Positions 61,990-64,000 of a stretch of 64,000 nt of DNA are shown here, one piece after another. How positions within the stretch are numbered: position 1 is the stretch's first letter; every line of letters starts with the position of its first letter. Position numbers and translations under genes: made by a program. The notes below the pieces were generated by a model that did no database searches, was not told the origin of the DNA, and saw nothing but the letters and a program-made list of their open reading frames with translations. This DNA comes from an uncultured Muribaculaceae bacterium (lineage in GTDB: Bacteria; Bacillota_I; Bacilli_A; RF39; UBA660), in NCBI GenBank assembly GCA_964458035.1, contig CAYWFZ010000002.1:484-64483 (forward strand), written 5' to 3'.

Positions 61990-63510
61990 TCATTTTTTAC
62001 TTTTTCTTGGAACATATGTATAAGACTTAGCAATACTTTCTACTGTATCTTGACTAGCATGATAGAAATCATTCATCTTTTCAAAATCAGGTGTAATCCC
62101 ATTTATTTCTGGACTACTAGAATATCTCTTCTTAAATAGTTTTAACATATTGGCATATGTAGAATTATAAATTAACTGAGAATACTCATTTGTATGAAAT
62201 AAATTACTAGAAGAATAACAATAAAACTTGTATCCATCACTATCTTTAAAAGCATACACCTTCTTTTTTATTCCATATTCATCAATTGCTCTAATTATTT
62301 GGACTTTTTTGAATCTGTGTGATAAATATTTATAGAATAATCTTTCACCATACTCTTTAAAATCTATCGTAGTTAAAGAAGCACTTTCAAATAAAACACT
62401 TTCCTTAATTCTTAAATCATCATCCGCTACACTTAAATATCCAGAGGTTATAATATAATCTAAATAAACACATACATCTTCAAATTTAGATATATTATTT
62501 TCTAAAAAGAAATCATCAAGTAACTTATGTAAAATCTTCTCATTCTTTTTATTTTTATAATTAAGAATATCAAGCATTAAACAAAATGCAAAGAATGATA
62601 ACAAAACAGCAGGAATAGTTGAAAGTGAATACACTAAATCAGACTTTTCTTTGTCAAATGAATTAGAAAGTTCTTCTATCTTATCTTTTTCTTGTTTATA
62701 AAACTCTTCTAAAGCTACTACATCAATTGATGGATCTCCTAAATTATTTAAATAGTCTACATTATACTCATCATCATTTGTTTGAAATAAACCTTTAAAA
62801 GTATTTTCAAGTTCAAAAAGAAAAGTAGATATTTTTCTTATCTTCATTGTTCCATCACCATTTATTATATCTAAATCATTTAAATCACTTTTTGAAAGAT
62901 ATAATAAATTCGTTGGATCATAGTAATAATATTCTCCATCATAATAAACTGCTGTAATTGCATGATTACCCACTATAAGCTCAAATGGTCCAGGAATATA
63001 AGGGAGATTAACTCCTTTTTCATCATCTTTCTTTTCGTCAGTTGCTTGTTTAATATCTTTTTGATAATCAAATAATTCTATTTCTACATTACCTATCGGA
63101 TAATAACAATTAAATACACTAGAATCATATCCTTTGGCTTCATATAAATCTCTTAACATATTTGCATTATTTAAACAAACAGATTTTCCCATTATGCAAG
63201 CCATACCAAAATTAGAAAGAAGTATTTTATTATCCCTGTTAAAAGCAAAGTCATGATCACTTGATAAATATCCATTCCATAAAGCATAATTAAAATAATC
63301 AAATATCATTTTTGGATCATCAATTTCTTTTTCGTCTAAAAAATCACTGAAGTCTTCGACAATCTCTTTATACTGATTAACCTCTTTATTATAGATTATT
63401 CCTTGAATTGCACCAGCACTTTGCAAAGATAATGCTAAAATCAAATAATATGCAGCTGATACAAGTACATGATCTTTTATTTTAACTTTCCATTTATCTA
63501 CCCTTTTCAT
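61990..63510 (-). CDS. Membrane protein with a transglutaminase/papain-like domain
   Basis: 506 aa with an N-terminal TM and a mid-protein TM. Candidate Cys...His...Asp triad: 'GMACIMGKSVCLNNANMLRDLYEAKGY ... GNHAITAVYYDGEYYYYDPTN'. Confidence 0.4.
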   Translation of the reverse strand: MKRVDKWKVKIKDHVLVSAAYYLILALSLQSAGAIQGIIYNKEVNQYKEIVEDFSDFLDEKEIDDPKMIFDYFNYALWNGYLSSDHDFAFNRDNKILLSNFGMACIMGKSVCLNNANMLRDLYEAKGYDSSVFNCYYPIGNVEIELFDYQKDIKQATDEKKDDEKGVNLPYIPGPFELIVGNHAITAVYYDGEYYYYDPTNLLYLSKSDLNDLDIINGDGTMKIRKISTFLFELENTFKGLFQTNDDEYNVDYLNNLGDPSIDVVALEEFYKQEKDKIEELSNSFDKEKSDLVYSLSTIPAVLLSFFAFCLMLDILNYKNKKNEKILHKLLDDFFLENNISKFEDVCVYLDYIITSGYLSVADDDLRIKESVLFESASLTTIDFKEYGERLFYKYLSHRFKKVQIIRAIDEYGIKKKVYAFKDSDGYKFYCYSSSNLFHTNEYSQLIYNSTYANMLKLFKKRYSSSPEINGITPDFEKMNDFYHASQDTVESIAKSYTYVPRKSKK

Positions 63511-63569
63511 TTCTTTAATCCCCTCTTTTTAAGGGCATATTATAGCATACAAAAAAGAATTAGACAAAC

Positions 63570-64000
63570 TTATGGAATATATAGAATTTGACCTATACTT
63601 AATGTATTTGATGTCATATTATTTAGTTTCTTAACTGCATCAACACTTGTATTATATTTTTTAGCTATACCATACAAAGTATCACCACTCACCACTTTAT
63701 ATGTTTTAACACTTGATACAGGTATTTTTAATACTTGATTAATACTTAAACTATTGGAAGTCATATTATTTAATTTCTTTATCGCATCAACTGATGTGTT
63801 ATATTTTTTAGCAATCGCGTATAATGTATCTCCTGACTTAACTGTATAAGTATTTGACTCTGTTGGCGCTTGAGAAGTAGAACTATTAGGTATCTTTAAC
63901 ACTTGATTCAAATTTATTGTATTGCTACTAAGATTATTTAATGCTTTAAGCTCATTAACAGTTACATTAAACTTCTTAGCAATACTATATAAAGTATCTC
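63570..64000 (-). CDS. LysM-repeat peptidoglycan-binding protein, N-terminus outside window
   Basis: Repeated 'Y.V.SGDTLY.IAKKYNTSVDA.KKLNNMTSN.LSI.Q.L.IP' units. The reading frame stays open upstream of the track's TTG start through position 64000 (...DTLYSIAKKFNVTVNELKALNNLSSNTINLNQVLKIP). Confidence 0.8.
   Translation of the reverse strand, partial: DTLYSIAKKFNVTVNELKALNNLSSNTINLNQVLKIPNSSTSQAPTESNTYTVKSGDTLYAIAKKYNTSVDAIKKLNNMTSNSLSINQVLKIPVSSVKTYKVVSGDTLYGIAKKYNTSVDAVKKLNNMTSNTLSIGQILYIP

Noticed and set aside
3546-62139. Other short ORFs in the track: 3546-3734, 20301-20648, 20944-21141, 23721-23948, 24481-24669, 24693-24875, 24972-25190, 26664-26864, 28493-28765, 29597-29827, 30429-30698, 37429-37662, 37913-38110, 39922-40128, 41828-42010, 48541-48756, 57608-57841, 58517-58789, 58946-59200, 59597-59815, 61224-61568, 61897-62139
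   Set aside because: All are embedded, mostly antisense, in longer ORFs that have recognisable domains or better coding character. Their products are Ile/Phe/Ser/Leu-rich, as expected from reading AT-rich coding DNA out of frame. None has a convincing Shine-Dalgarno sequence.
1-64000. Search for CRISPR arrays, rRNA/tRNA genes, integrases, transposases, prophage or plasmid modules
   Set aside because: I saw no regularly spaced direct repeats, no tRNA-like GC-rich cloverleaf segments, and no recombinase, transposase, terminase or capsid-like ORFs. The window looks like core or accessory chromosome, not a mobile element. This was a by-eye scan, so tRNAscan, Infernal and MinCED should confirm it.

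Overview
This is an AT-rich chromosomal segment (roughly 70% A+T by eye, not computed) from a low-GC Bacillota (Firmicutes) genome. The cotJ spore-coat operon, ldh, a LysM protein and a Bce-like ABC/two-component module suggest a spore-forming Clostridia- or Erysipelotrichia-type organism; I cannot name the species. I support about 66 protein-coding genes. About 85% are on the minus strand, mostly in short transcription units closed by clear Rho-independent hairpins. I found no rRNA, tRNA, CRISPR array, integrase, transposase or prophage signature.

Content by region:
- 0-9 kb: GNAT, transglutaminase-like, DUF2207 and radical-SAM genes, plus a tandem pair of secreted paralogs.
- 8-23 kb: a dense set of nucleotide and nucleic-acid housekeeping genes (HD, 2 Nudix, NT5C-like, HAD, P-loop kinase, 3 ASCH/PUA-like, HhH-GPD glycosylase-like, DUF1848). 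It is interrupted at 10-15.5 kb by a membrane-tethered XRE regulator, secreted proteins and an ABC exporter locus.
- 23-32 kb: GH3, a secreted nuclease with a coupled small protein, ldh, and a Bce-like ABC plus two-component module.
- 42-49 kb: a block of orphan, individually terminated genes, including an RNAP alpha-CTD-like mini-protein.
- 49-64 kb: cell-surface glycosylation genes (GT2, GT-C-like, GtrA), cotJ, a P-type Ca-ATPase, a bPH domain protein and a LysM protein.

The two most unusual items:
1. 32527-36177 encodes a monocistronic 1216-aa sigma-70 family protein. Its roughly 930-aa C-terminal extension looks like a tandem array of extra sigma region-4-like HTH modules.
2. 36250-39028 is a terminator-bounded three-gene operon: an HhH-GPD glycosylase-like gene, a family-4-like UDG with an altered motif A, and a strongly divergent adenylosuccinate-synthetase (PurA)-like enzyme.

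All functional calls come from motif recognition by eye. No database search was run.
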